In this document: positions 21,389 through 29,202 of the stretch, in pieces
Position numbering within the stretch: position 1 is the first letter of the stretch
Layout: every line of letters starts with the position of its first letter
Sequence record: MH791409.1
Origin: Escherichia phage EcWhh-1
Reading direction: 5' to 3' (one strand)
Length of the DNA: 64,000 bases
Program-made: the position numbers and the translations under genes
Notes under the pieces: model-generated
Databases searched by the model: none
What the model saw: the letters and a program-made list of their open reading frames with translations, nothing else
What the model was told of the DNA's origin: nothing

Positions 21389-21885
21389 TAGTAAAGGTCC
21401 TCAGAGTAAAGTTCTTTTTCACTACCACCACGTTCAATACGAACTTGATTAGCATATGTTGCAATAATCATTGCTTCTTCGCGAGTCCAATAGTTTGAGT
21501 ATTGGTCGATAAATCCTTGGTCATCACCGCAAACATGCTCTGACACAAGTTTATCACTTACTTGGTCAAGCACTTCTGCCATATCTTTTGAATAATGACG
21601 AGCTCCTGGAATAACCAGAGTCCCACCGTCTTTTAACTTAAAGCGATTGGCTGCGCATACAATTCGACGTTGGTATTTTTCATTGTTATTCCAATGAGCA
21701 ATCTGCCAACAGATTTCAGGAACCTCTTCCAAAACATCCTCTTCCGAATATTCAGCGTAATCACCGTAGGCCTGTAATTTAGCTGCTAGACTTTTAGGAG
21801 TCTCACGAGAAAGGGCTTTATCTAATAAAGCCAATTGGGCTTTAAAAGACAATTCTTTAGCTTTTAATGGGTTCATTTGAACCAT
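21388..21885 (-). CDS. hypothetical protein
   Basis: 165-aa ORF; start overlaps the upstream ORF end. Confidence 0.5.
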   Translation of the reverse strand: MVQMNPLKAKELSFKAQLALLDKALSRETPKSLAAKLQAYGDYAEYSEEDVLEEVPEICWQIAHWNNNEKYQRRIVCAANRFKLKDGGTLVIPGARHYSKDMAEVLDQVSDKLVSEHVCGDDQGFIDQYSNYWTREEAMIIATYANQVRIERGGSEKELYSEDLY

Positions 21886-22202
21886 CCTTTAACACGTTGC
21901 CATAAAGTTTTCTGTTGAGCTTTATTAACACCAATTGAACGAATAACCGGTTGTGATTCCTGGTATTCTTTGTAGTCGGCTTTATAGACTTCATAAGCGG
22001 CAGGAACAAAGGTGCTGATTGCGGCCATGAAATTCTTGCGGATTCCCATAGAAGCTTCAGAACCGCCACGGATGATTAAGTATTTACCAGCTTTAATCTT
22101 AACAATAGTGCCGAGATAAGCACCATGGTACCAAATATCCCAACCTTCTTGAGTAGGTTCTGCACAACGACGAAGTTCATTAACAATATTCAGCTTGTTC
22201 AT
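21873..22202 (-). CDS. hypothetical protein
   Basis: 109-aa ORF immediately downstream of motA. Confidence 0.5.
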   Translation of the reverse strand: MNKLNIVNELRRCAEPTQEGWDIWYHGAYLGTIVKIKAGKYLIIRGGSEASMGIRKNFMAAISTFVPAAYEVYKADYKEYQESQPVIRSIGVNKAQQKTLWQRVKGWFK

Positions 22203-22216
22203 AATAATTTCCTCAG

Positions 22217-22852
22217 TCAGTTAATTGCGTTGGTTACGGTTTTGATAACTTCAGATGATACGTTTTGGAAGTCGATATAAGTATTCTTACCACCAGTCTT
22301 AATCTTAACATCAAGATTCAAAGAAGTAAACACTTGTTTTTCTTTATCGGTCATATTATAACCGAAGATACGCATCATTCCGTCACGACGGACTTCAATT
22401 TGACGAATGCCATTGGTACGTTTAGCGAACCGAACTTCAAGGTTGCTACGGTTTTCAGCAATTTCACGAATCTCGATACGGTCTTCTAATAAAGCTTTAA
22501 CTTCATCAGCCAATACCACCATTTCAGGAGTAACACCACGTGAACTGCGTGTTTTACGTTTTTCCAACATCTCTGGAGCATTTTCAGAAGCGAACAGATC
22601 AGCAGCTTTTTGAACTAAGTCCATTGCTTCACCTGTAGCCACCAGTCCATCACCAGATTTTTCGATGAATCCTTTCTTAATCAATACACCAATGTTAGAG
22701 TTAACTACCGCTGCACTAAATTGTTCACTCAGGGCTTCACGGACTTCGCCTGAAGTGATGAAGTTGTTCTTGATGATATGTACTAAGATAGAAGCCGTTT
22801 TTTCATTCAGGACGTCTTCAGAAGCTTTGATGATATAAGTAATTTTAGACAT
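22217..22852 (-). CDS. motA: middle-transcription activator MotA
   Basis: 211-aa ORF starting MSKITYIIKASEDVLNEKTA, highly similar to recalled T4 MotA. Confidence 0.92.
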   Translation of the reverse strand: MSKITYIIKASEDVLNEKTASILVHIIKNNFITSGEVREALSEQFSAAVVNSNIGVLIKKGFIEKSGDGLVATGEAMDLVQKAADLFASENAPEMLEKRKTRSSRGVTPEMVVLADEVKALLEDRIEIREIAENRSNLEVRFAKRTNGIRQIEVRRDGMMRIFGYNMTDKEKQVFTSLNLDVKIKTGGKNTYIDFQNVSSEVIKTVTNAIN

Positions 22853-22886
22853 TTTAATCTCCGATAACCATTTATTTGATAGGTCT

Positions 22887-22915
22887 ATAGTATCATGTTT
22901 AAAGCAGAAGTAAAC
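22887..22915 (-). promoter_or_regulatory. early promoter upstream of motA
   Basis: GTTTAC-N17-TACTAT-AGACCTATCAAATAA. Confidence 0.6.
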
Positions 22916-22954
22916 TTTATTTTGAGCTCTTTTTCAAGAGCTCTAATAAAGTAC

Positions 22955-23182
22955 TTACTTAATGTTCAGATTACGAACTTCGATTTCGTCTTCAGGGGCA
23001 AAATCAAACTGTTTGAATTCTGTGTCACCTTTAAATTTAAAAATCATTGTGAAGAAAGTCAGAACACCGGGTTTTTCTTCACGAACTCCACATATATCAT
23101 ATTCAATACCATCTACAACCAGTTTGTTAGCAGTCAGAGCATTTTTAGCTTTAACGATTTCGTTTTCGATTTTAAATTTCAT
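22955..23182 (-). CDS. hypothetical protein
   Basis: 75-aa ORF flanked by two conserved early-promoter elements. Confidence 0.5.
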   Translation of the reverse strand: MKFKIENEIVKAKNALTANKLVVDGIEYDICGVREEKPGVLTFFTMIFKFKGDTEFKQFDFAPEDEIEVRNLNIK

Positions 23183-23230
23183 TTTTGTATCTCCGGGTTG
23201 TTTGTTTCAGTTCATTTATTTGATAGGTCT

Positions 23231-23259
23231 ATAGTATCATGTTTAAAGCAGATGTAAAC
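23231..23259 (-). promoter_or_regulatory. early promoter upstream of ORF 22955..23182
   Basis: Near-identical copy of the motA promoter. Confidence 0.6.
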
Positions 23260-23278
23260 ACTTTTTTGCACTAAACCC

Positions 23279-23299
23279 AAAAAGGAACCCGAAGGTTCC
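23279..23299 (-). terminator. rho-independent terminator after gene 52 and its trailing peptide gene
   Basis: Minus-strand GGAACC-UUCG-GGUUCC hairpin followed by UUUUUGGG. Confidence 0.7.
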
Positions 23300-23404
23300 T
23301 TACTTTTTAAAGTGGGCCGCTATTAAACCTATAGCTAAGCCTGTTGCCAGGCCTAGGATAACAGCAAAGATACAGAGTAGCAAGAACTCGACTCCAAGGC
23401 TCAT
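23300..23404 (-). CDS. 34-aa hydrophobic peptide (single predicted TM helix)
   Basis: ATG overlaps the gene 52 stop (ATGA); translation MSLGVEFLLLCIFAVILGLATGLAIGLIAAHFKK; below the ORF-track size cut-off. Confidence 0.5.
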   Translation of the reverse strand: MSLGVEFLLLCIFAVILGLATGLAIGLIAAHFKK

Positions 23405-24780
23405 AGAGCCTCCAAATCTTTAACATACTCAGTTACAACATCAGTGGTTTTCCAGTATTGATGCTCTTCTTTCTTAGCCTTGGCTTCCAAAGCCAGTTTC
23501 TTAGCTTCATCGGACGTGATATGGAAAATATTCATTGCTACGAGTTTATCAGCGTATTCGCCGTAGACTTTATTACCGGCTAATTCTTCGGTTAAAACCT
23601 TACGGGTCTTACCTTGGATAACCACTACACCATCAATAACATCTTTGATAAATGTGGCTTTAGCCAATGCCAGTTTGAAAGCTTCTTCGGTTTCGATGAT
23701 TTTACCATCAATACGTTTTTGTACAAAGGTCTTACGGACCTCAACGAAATCACGAATCAATTCAACTACATCTTCGTAAACCTTAAGTTTACCTTTCTCA
23801 TTAATGACTGTCAGGTTTTGCGAACGACGTTCGATTAACCCGAAGTCCTTCATGATTTTCTCATGCTTCTTATTTTCTTCAGTAGGCAATTCGTATTCTT
23901 TACGAATTTTAACCTTGAAGCCGAAACCATTCTCGTCACAGTCATCATCATACGTGATGTACCCTTTGTCTTCTAAAGGGTCCAACACCTTAGCCACATA
24001 CGTTTCACGGTCGTATTTGTACGGGATTTCTATGATATGCATTTGGGTTCGAGATGTGAACTTATACGTGCCTCGTAGTTCATAACTACCCGGTTCAATC
24101 TCAACCACATCACCACGGAATTCCGGATAAGCCACCTTAGGCTTGGTTACGCGTTTTTCTTGAAGAACCTGCAATACAGCTTTCTTAACAGAATCAAAAC
24201 TATGAGGAAGAATATTAGTTGCATAACCAGTTGCAATACCGGAAATACCATTAAGAAGAACAGTAGGAATAATAGGCAGATAAAAAGCTGGTGGCTTATG
24301 TTCGACATCCGCATGAACCGGAGCATATTCTGTATCCTTATAAACTTTGGCAAAGTTACTTCCGATACGAGCAAAAATATAACGAGATGCCGCTGCTTTT
24401 TGAACCAAACGAGAACCAAAGTTACCTTGGCCATCCAACAGTGGGAAGTTGTTGTTCCAAGTGTTAGCCATCAGAGCACCTGCTTCTTGAGCAGAGCCTT
24501 CACCATGGTGATATCCAAGGTCGGCTACACCACCTGCAATAGAAGCCAGTTTGTGGAATTTTTCTTTATTACCACGAGCCATATCAAGACAACGAGCAAC
24601 TACAAAACGTTGCACTGGTTTAAAGCCGTCAATCATATTTGGAATGGCGCGGTTTTCGACAGTATACATTGCGTAAGCCAGCGCTTCATTGTCGATAATG
24701 CTTTTTAAGTCACGACGAGTAAAAGCATCATCGTAAACATCTAAGGATTGTTTAAAAAGGGTATCAATTACATCAGCCAT
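23401..24780 (-). CDS. 52: DNA topoisomerase II medium subunit gp52 (GyrA-like)
   Basis: 459-aa ORF with GyrA/ParC-type motifs (AYAMYTVENRAIPNMIDGFKPVQR); T4 order motA-52. Confidence 0.92.
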   Translation of the reverse strand: MADVIDTLFKQSLDVYDDAFTRRDLKSIIDNEALAYAMYTVENRAIPNMIDGFKPVQRFVVARCLDMARGNKEKFHKLASIAGGVADLGYHHGEGSAQEAGALMANTWNNNFPLLDGQGNFGSRLVQKAAASRYIFARIGSNFAKVYKDTEYAPVHADVEHKPPAFYLPIIPTVLLNGISGIATGYATNILPHSFDSVKKAVLQVLQEKRVTKPKVAYPEFRGDVVEIEPGSYELRGTYKFTSRTQMHIIEIPYKYDRETYVAKVLDPLEDKGYITYDDDCDENGFGFKVKIRKEYELPTEENKKHEKIMKDFGLIERRSQNLTVINEKGKLKVYEDVVELIRDFVEVRKTFVQKRIDGKIIETEEAFKLALAKATFIKDVIDGVVVIQGKTRKVLTEELAGNKVYGEYADKLVAMNIFHITSDEAKKLALEAKAKKEEHQYWKTTDVVTEYVKDLEAL

Positions 24781-24784
24781 AATT

Positions 24785-24925
24785 TTACCATACTAGTGAA
24801 TGAATAACCATAATAACATCGGAAATAAAAAGCACAACTTGGATAAGACCGAATATTACTCCATAATACAGTGCTACCAATAAAGCAGCAAGGGCCACCG
24901 AGTAGCCCAAGATTTTCTTAATCAT
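24785..24925 (-). CDS. 46-aa hydrophobic peptide
   Basis: Translation [46 protein letters not shown]; start overlaps the stop of the upstream peptide gene. Confidence 0.5.
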   Translation of the reverse strand: MIKKILGYSVALAALLVALYYGVIFGLIQVVLFISDVIMVIHSLVW

Positions 24926-25079
24926 TTTTAATCATCTTAAGTAAACCGACAAAAGTAGAAAGAACCCAGCCAATAAACAGAAAACTTAAGAATACCGGAC
25001 CAGGGGTCCACACACCTAAAAAGAAGCAAACCGAACAGACTATAGCCGTAATAAGTTCAATAAAAACTATGATAATCAT
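24918..25079 (-). CDS. 53-aa hydrophobic peptide (two predicted TM segments)
   Basis: Translation MIIIVFIELITAIVCSVCFFLGVWTPGPVFLSFLFIGWVLSTFVGLLKMIKND. Confidence 0.5.
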   Translation of the reverse strand: MIIIVFIELITAIVCSVCFFLGVWTPGPVFLSFLFIGWVLSTFVGLLKMIKND

Positions 25080-25089
25080 ATTTTCCTCA

Positions 25090-25228
25090 TTAGCGTCCGA
25101 AGACGCCTTTAGTTTTAAGATTGTTACGATAGAACTGCATCACATGTTCGTTATGGGAATTACTCCGTAATACAGTGTTACTAATAAAGAAGAAAGGGCT
25201 ACCGAGTAACCCAAGATTTCTTAATCAT
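25090..25228 (-). pseudogene. decayed duplicate: truncated small-peptide ORF (MIKKSWVTR-stop) fused to an stp-like frame lacking a start codon
   Basis: About 75 bp near-identical to 24850-24925 but with a 1-nt deletion (frameshift); followed by a reading frame encoding [25 protein letters not shown] that matches recalled T4 Stp, with CGG where the ATG should be. Confidence 0.55.
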
Positions 25229-25374
25229 TTTTTGGTAAAGGCCTGTAGAATCAGAACAAATGCCAATATGAATTGTGGAATGGCCTGAGAAATGACCGAA
25301 GTTTCACCCGTAGTAATAGTCCAAATACCTAGATAAGTCCAAATACCCGCAGCAAAACCTTGTAAAATATTCAT
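25225..25374 (-). CDS. 49-aa hydrophobic peptide (ac-position small membrane protein)
   Basis: Translation MNILQGFAAGIWTYLGIWTITTGETSVISQAIPQFILAFVLILQAFTKK. Confidence 0.5.
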   Translation of the reverse strand: MNILQGFAAGIWTYLGIWTITTGETSVISQAIPQFILAFVLILQAFTKK

Positions 25375-25381
25375 ATTTTCC

Positions 25382-25462
25382 TCAAGGGCGTCCGAAGACA
25401 CCAGTTAATTTCAGATTATGACGGTGCCATTGCATCACATGTTCGTTATGGAAATTACTCAT
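25382..25462 (-). CDS. stp: Stp-like 26-aa peptide
   Basis: ATG overlaps the ndd stop by 1 nt (TAATG); translation [26 protein letters not shown]; N-terminal 11 residues identical to recalled T4 Stp. Confidence 0.7.
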   Translation of the reverse strand: MSNFHNEHVMQWHRHNLKLTGVFGRP

Positions 25463-25911
25463 TAGTAAGCCTGCAGAACGAATTTGAAGTTATCGGCCAA
25501 CATACGGTTCATTTCTTCCAGTGTCTGAAGGTCTGAACTATGATTGCGAGTGAAAGCCATTGCAATTTGACCTTTACCAAAGCCTGTAGTCAGAGGTTTC
25601 ATTTTAGAAGCTGGCACATAAAGAACTTCATACACCACACCATTCACTGCCATAGTGCGAGCTGATTGAGAACGTTTCTTACGGATGTTAGCCACAATAC
25701 CATCAAGACCTTGAGCTGAACGTTGGTTACCGACATAAAAGCGAGCGGCTACGACACGAGAATCTGCTTCACCTTTAACAAAGAAGTAGAAGCCTGGCTG
25801 AGCTGAGATTTCTTTAGAAGGCTTACCATTTTGGTATTCGCCATTCTTAACATAAGCAACAGTAGTAGCACCAGCAGACAGAACGTTACCGCGAGTCATA
25901 TAAGTATTCAT
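25462..25911 (-). CDS. ndd: nucleoid disruption protein Ndd
   Basis: 149-aa ORF; C-terminal half ([10 protein letters not shown]...[13 protein letters not shown]...AFTRNH...[21 protein letters not shown]) nearly identical to recalled T4 Ndd. Confidence 0.92.
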   Translation of the reverse strand: MNTYMTRGNVLSAGATTVAYVKNGEYQNGKPSKEISAQPGFYFFVKGEADSRVVAARFYVGNQRSAQGLDGIVANIRKKRSQSARTMAVNGVVYEVLYVPASKMKPLTTGFGKGQIAMAFTRNHSSDLQTLEEMNRMLADNFKFVLQAY

Positions 25912-25960
25912 ATCAATTTCCTCAGTAGATTAATGTTTTGTTATCCAGTCAACGAGAACC

Positions 25961-25989
25961 ATTATAACATGATTCTCGAGGTTGTAAAC
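25961..25989 (-). promoter_or_regulatory. early promoter upstream of ndd, with dyad symmetry over the -10
   Basis: GTTTAC-N17-TATAAT; the -10 is embedded in CGAGAACCAT-TATAAC-ATGATTCTCG (1 mismatch). Confidence 0.6.
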
Positions 25990-26333
25990 TATTTTTGTAG
26001 CTGTTCTAAAATAAATCCGCTCGTATAAAAGGACGCATTATATACCTTATTCAGTGGGTTCAAAGCGCGTCCATAGGTATCACGTAATTCTTTGATAACA
26101 TTTTCGTAACTCACATAGTAAGCACTACGATAGTCAGGGTCCATGCTCATACGGAATTTGATGAATCGATAAAACCCTGTATCCGGGTCTTGAACGAAAA
26201 CGAAATCCGCGCTTGCCATAGTTTTTGAATCTAACCCAGTAACCAGTTCTTGATTAAAGGCTGCCAATGCCTCTTTAAGACTGAGTTGCTCAAAGAACAT
26301 AACCTTAGCATTACCAAAAAATACTTTAGACAT
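25989..26333 (-). CDS. hypothetical protein
   Basis: 114-aa ORF upstream of ndd. Confidence 0.5.
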   Translation of the reverse strand: MSKVFFGNAKVMFFEQLSLKEALAAFNQELVTGLDSKTMASADFVFVQDPDTGFYRFIKFRMSMDPDYRSAYYVSYENVIKELRDTYGRALNPLNKVYNASFYTSGFILEQLQK

Positions 26334-26347
26334 AATAATTTCCTCAA

Positions 26348-26614
26348 TTATTCAGAGTCGACTTCTTCTGATAATTCCATCAGTTCATCAACCGTGAAAC
26401 ACTCGGTATTATTTTCAATAGCAAAACGCTTTTGATAAAAAGGATAATCCAAACAGTTTTCAGTACGAATGGGACGCTCACTATTATCCATCAAAGGAGA
26501 AATGCGAATCAATTGTTGGCCGTTACCTAATACAAATTTTTCACCAACTGCGACATCTTTAAAAAGTTTCATAATATTTTCCTCAGAAGTTAAAGAATAC
26601 ACGTACATGGTCAA
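26348..26614 (-). CDS. hypothetical protein
   Basis: 88-aa ORF. Confidence 0.5.
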   Translation of the reverse strand: MTMYVYSLTSEENIMKLFKDVAVGEKFVLGNGQQLIRISPLMDNSERPIRTENCLDYPFYQKRFAIENNTECFTVDELMELSEEVDSE

Positions 26615-26719
26615 TCATAAAAACTATTGGGAAAATGCTCAATACCATTAACAACACAAACATGTTCCAAATTGCTTTAAGTAAGTTTTTCATAATCATC
26701 TCCATTAGTTGATAGGTCT

Positions 26720-26748
26720 ATAGTATCATGTCTAATGGAGATGTATAC
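26720..26748 (-). promoter_or_regulatory. early promoter variant (-35 GTATAC)
   Basis: GTATAC-N17-TACTAT-AGACCTATCAACTAA upstream of ORF 26348..26614. Confidence 0.5.
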
Positions 26749-26838
26749 TGATTTATGCCAATTTCCACAACAATAAACTAAAACATACGCAAATCACTGG
26801 GATACAGGCTATCCAAATAAGGCACCACATTTTGCTAC

Positions 26839-27099
26839 TCATAATACTATCTCTTTTATTTCCATAAACCCATCATTCAGTGCATGGCGGAGTTCATAAT
26901 GGATATCTATACCATCGACATTATCTAATTTACCGTCGATAAGTTTTTGTAAATCTTTTTTTGACGCTATCAAAGGACGAAGAAATCTACAATTAGAAAG
27001 GGATAATTCCGTAATAACATCTTCACCTGATGCATCGTACATTGCGGCAACAACTTTACCTGTAACTTTGTGTTTAGCGTAATATAATTTGATATCCAT
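26839..27099 (-). CDS. hypothetical protein
   Basis: 86-aa ORF preceded by a conserved early-promoter element. Confidence 0.5.
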   Translation of the reverse strand: MDIKLYYAKHKVTGKVVAAMYDASGEDVITELSLSNCRFLRPLIASKKDLQKLIDGKLDNVDGIDIHYELRHALNDGFMEIKEIVL

Positions 27100-27130
27100 T
27101 TTGTTTTCCTCTCATGTAGTTGATAGGAAG

Positions 27131-27160
27131 ATAGTAACACCATCCATGGTGTATGTAAAC
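27131..27160 (-). promoter_or_regulatory. early promoter, conserved family
   Basis: GTTTAC-N18-TACTAT upstream of ORF 26839..27099. Confidence 0.55.
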
Positions 27161-27174
27161 ACTTATTTTAAAAA

Positions 27175-27654
27175 TTATAAGGCGAGATACCAGCCGTTGT
27201 AATTACTCTTACGGACTAGCTTTTTGATGGATTCTCTGTCACCAGAGAACTTAGGAGTGAACAGGACGTCGCCTGCCTCATTTACTGAAGTGTCGAATAT
27301 AATTATACAGTCTGCAACTTTATGATTCAAGAGCGGTCCCAGGTTAATCCCTGTTCCATAAGGGAAGTCACCCGAGTATCCTGTAGTGCAGGAAATCCAC
27401 TTAGAATCAGATTGGTGGGTCTTGACCTCTACACGTAGTCCACAGTACATAGGATGGGCTAAAACATCCCAGGCGTAGGTATAAGGGTCGTCATGGTCTT
27501 CCAGACCACTGTTGACGTATCCTTTCAACCAATCAGCAACCATGTACTCTGCATACGTTGCAATAACACATCGAGTCAATACTTCTTTCTTATCTTGGGA
27601 TGGGTCTTGGCCTAAGGAATACAATACGGTATCCTTAATCTTGACCTTCATTTC
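27175..27654 (-). CDS. hypothetical protein in the denB position; start uncertain
   Basis: ORF-track frame 27175..27795; start placed at an internal Met to avoid overlap with the upstream ORF. Position matches T4 denB but I could not confirm any nuclease motif. Confidence 0.4.
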   Translation of the reverse strand, partial: EMKVKIKDTVLYSLGQDPSQDKKEVLTRCVIATYAEYMVADWLKGYVNSGLEDHDDPYTYAWDVLAHPMYCGLRVEVKTHQSDSKWISCTTGYSGDFPYGTGINLGPLLNHKVADCIIIFDTSVNEAGDVLFTPKFSGDRESIKKLVRKSNYNGWYLAL

Positions 27655-27664
27655 ACCTGTTAAA

Positions 27665-27991
27665 TCAGATGTCTTCAGGGTAAATGTCGGCATCTTCGAC
27701 AGTCGAACTAGTCCCGGATTTGACGGATTCATAATCACCACCAATATACAATTCTTCGACGTGGACATTACCAAAATAGATACGAGAGTTTTCACTCAAT
27801 TTACTATGGTCTAATTTTTTAAGGTTTTCAACTGAATCGAAAATCACATCTGTTGCAAAAAGATGGCCTGTAGCTTTATCAGATTTGATTACATCTACAC
27901 AATAAACCTTATCGGCCACATGATTACCTTGGAGATAACTATCTTTGATATCTTCGTCGCCGACGTTCATGTAATTAATCATTTTACTCAC
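27665..27991 (-). CDS. hypothetical protein
   Basis: 108-aa ORF. Confidence 0.45.
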   Translation of the reverse strand: MSKMINYMNVGDEDIKDSYLQGNHVADKVYCVDVIKSDKATGHLFATDVIFDSVENLKKLDHSKLSENSRIYFGNVHVEELYIGGDYESVKSGTSSTVEDADIYPEDI

Positions 27992-28181
27992 CGAAATAAG
28001 AAATACGAACCTCTAAACAATGAACATATGCACCCATCGCATCCAGTTGGGCAATCAGTAACCCTTGTTGACGGATATCAAGAGTTTCAAAAATAGCACC
28101 TTTAATAAACTCTTCAAGAGCGTTAATTTTCAAGACCAGTTGGGCGTATTCATCAATTACACGTGCTTGGAAACCTAACAT
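27984..28181 (-). CDS. hypothetical protein
   Basis: 65-aa ORF with RBS GAGGAA, directly downstream of rIIB. Confidence 0.45.
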   Translation of the reverse strand: MLGFQARVIDEYAQLVLKINALEEFIKGAIFETLDIRQQGLLIAQLDAMGAYVHCLEVRISYFGE

Positions 28182-28219
28182 AATTCCTCATTAGGAGGCC
28201 GGAGCCTCCGTTTATTGAT

Positions 28220-29188
28220 TTAGTATTTGTATTCGTTTGCGAACTGTTCAGTGACGTCTTCCAGAACTTCATAATAACATACACGCATTTTAGCATCACC
28301 GTAATCGACCGGGATACTAACAACATCACGCGGGTTAACTTTGCATGAAACTACTTTACAGTTAGAGTTACCAAAATGACCAATATAGCTACGAGAGCAA
28401 ACATGCAGACCTGTTGAACAAGTTACTTCGTCGTCATCATTTACACGTGAACGTGGCATTTTAACTGGCTTACCTGGCGAGTTATCAAACGTGCCGGTAC
28501 GGCAGTCAGTATAATCAGAGTTAACAACTTTCCATGTGATAAAGTGGCCGTCTTCAGTGATTTTGATATCGTTCGCGACCAGGAAGTCGAACAGACGCTG
28601 TACAGCTTTTTCGCTTGGGTTTTCTAACAGATTCTCAAGGAACGGCAGGTAGAATTCGAAGTCTTCGCCATTTTCCATTGAGGTGATAATACGGTCAATC
28701 AACCCTGAACGCAATTCGATACCTTGATAAACCAGACGTCCACCTTCAATACGAACGTTACCTTTAACGAAAGCCTTAACAGCTTCTTTAATGGAAATCA
28801 GTTTAATCGCGTCATCAAAACGGGATTCTTTAAGGGCCTGTACGATGGCATCAAAATGTTTGTTCTTATTAGTGGTGTTCCATACTGTACGACCTTCAGT
28901 GATGGATACGAATTTAGAACTGGCGTTCCAGATAATTTCCGGACGAGAACCACCAATAGTAACTTCAACCGGAACTGCACGAGGCTCGTTAGGAACCGTT
29001 ACTTTAATATTTCCGGTAATAACCACTTGTGAACGTTTAGCTTCTTCAGCATTTTTCAGAACTTTACGGACCGTATCAACCGAGATACCAAAATCTTCAG
29101 CCAGATCAGATTGGGTATAATTACCTGAAGCATACATAGAAGTAATTAAGGTTTGTTCGTATTCAGAGACACATTTAATATTGTACAT
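28220..29188 (-). CDS. rIIB: rIIB protein
   Basis: 322-aa ORF starting MYNIKC...SGNYTQ..L.....GVSVDT.R.VLKNAEEAKR with conserved C-terminal blocks; matches recalled T4 rIIB. Confidence 0.93.
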   Translation of the reverse strand: MYNIKCVSEYEQTLITSMYASGNYTQSDLAEDFGISVDTVRKVLKNAEEAKRSQVVITGNIKVTVPNEPRAVPVEVTIGGSRPEIIWNASSKFVSITEGRTVWNTTNKNKHFDAIVQALKESRFDDAIKLISIKEAVKAFVKGNVRIEGGRLVYQGIELRSGLIDRIITSMENGEDFEFYLPFLENLLENPSEKAVQRLFDFLVANDIKITEDGHFITWKVVNSDYTDCRTGTFDNSPGKPVKMPRSRVNDDDEVTCSTGLHVCSRSYIGHFGNSNCKVVSCKVNPRDVVSIPVDYGDAKMRVCYYEVLEDVTEQFANEYKY

Positions 29189-29202
29189 AATATTTCCTTA
29201 GA

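Noticed and set aside
27175-27795. Assignment of this ORF as endonuclease IV (denB) on the basis of map position.
   Set aside because: I could not recognise any nuclease motif or recall the DenB sequence well enough, so it is left as hypothetical.
28191-28206. GGAGGC-CGGA-GCCTCC hairpin between rIIB and the next ORF.
   Set aside because: No U-run on the transcribed strand and it overlaps the RBS region of the downstream gene; more likely an mRNA structural or processing element than a terminator.
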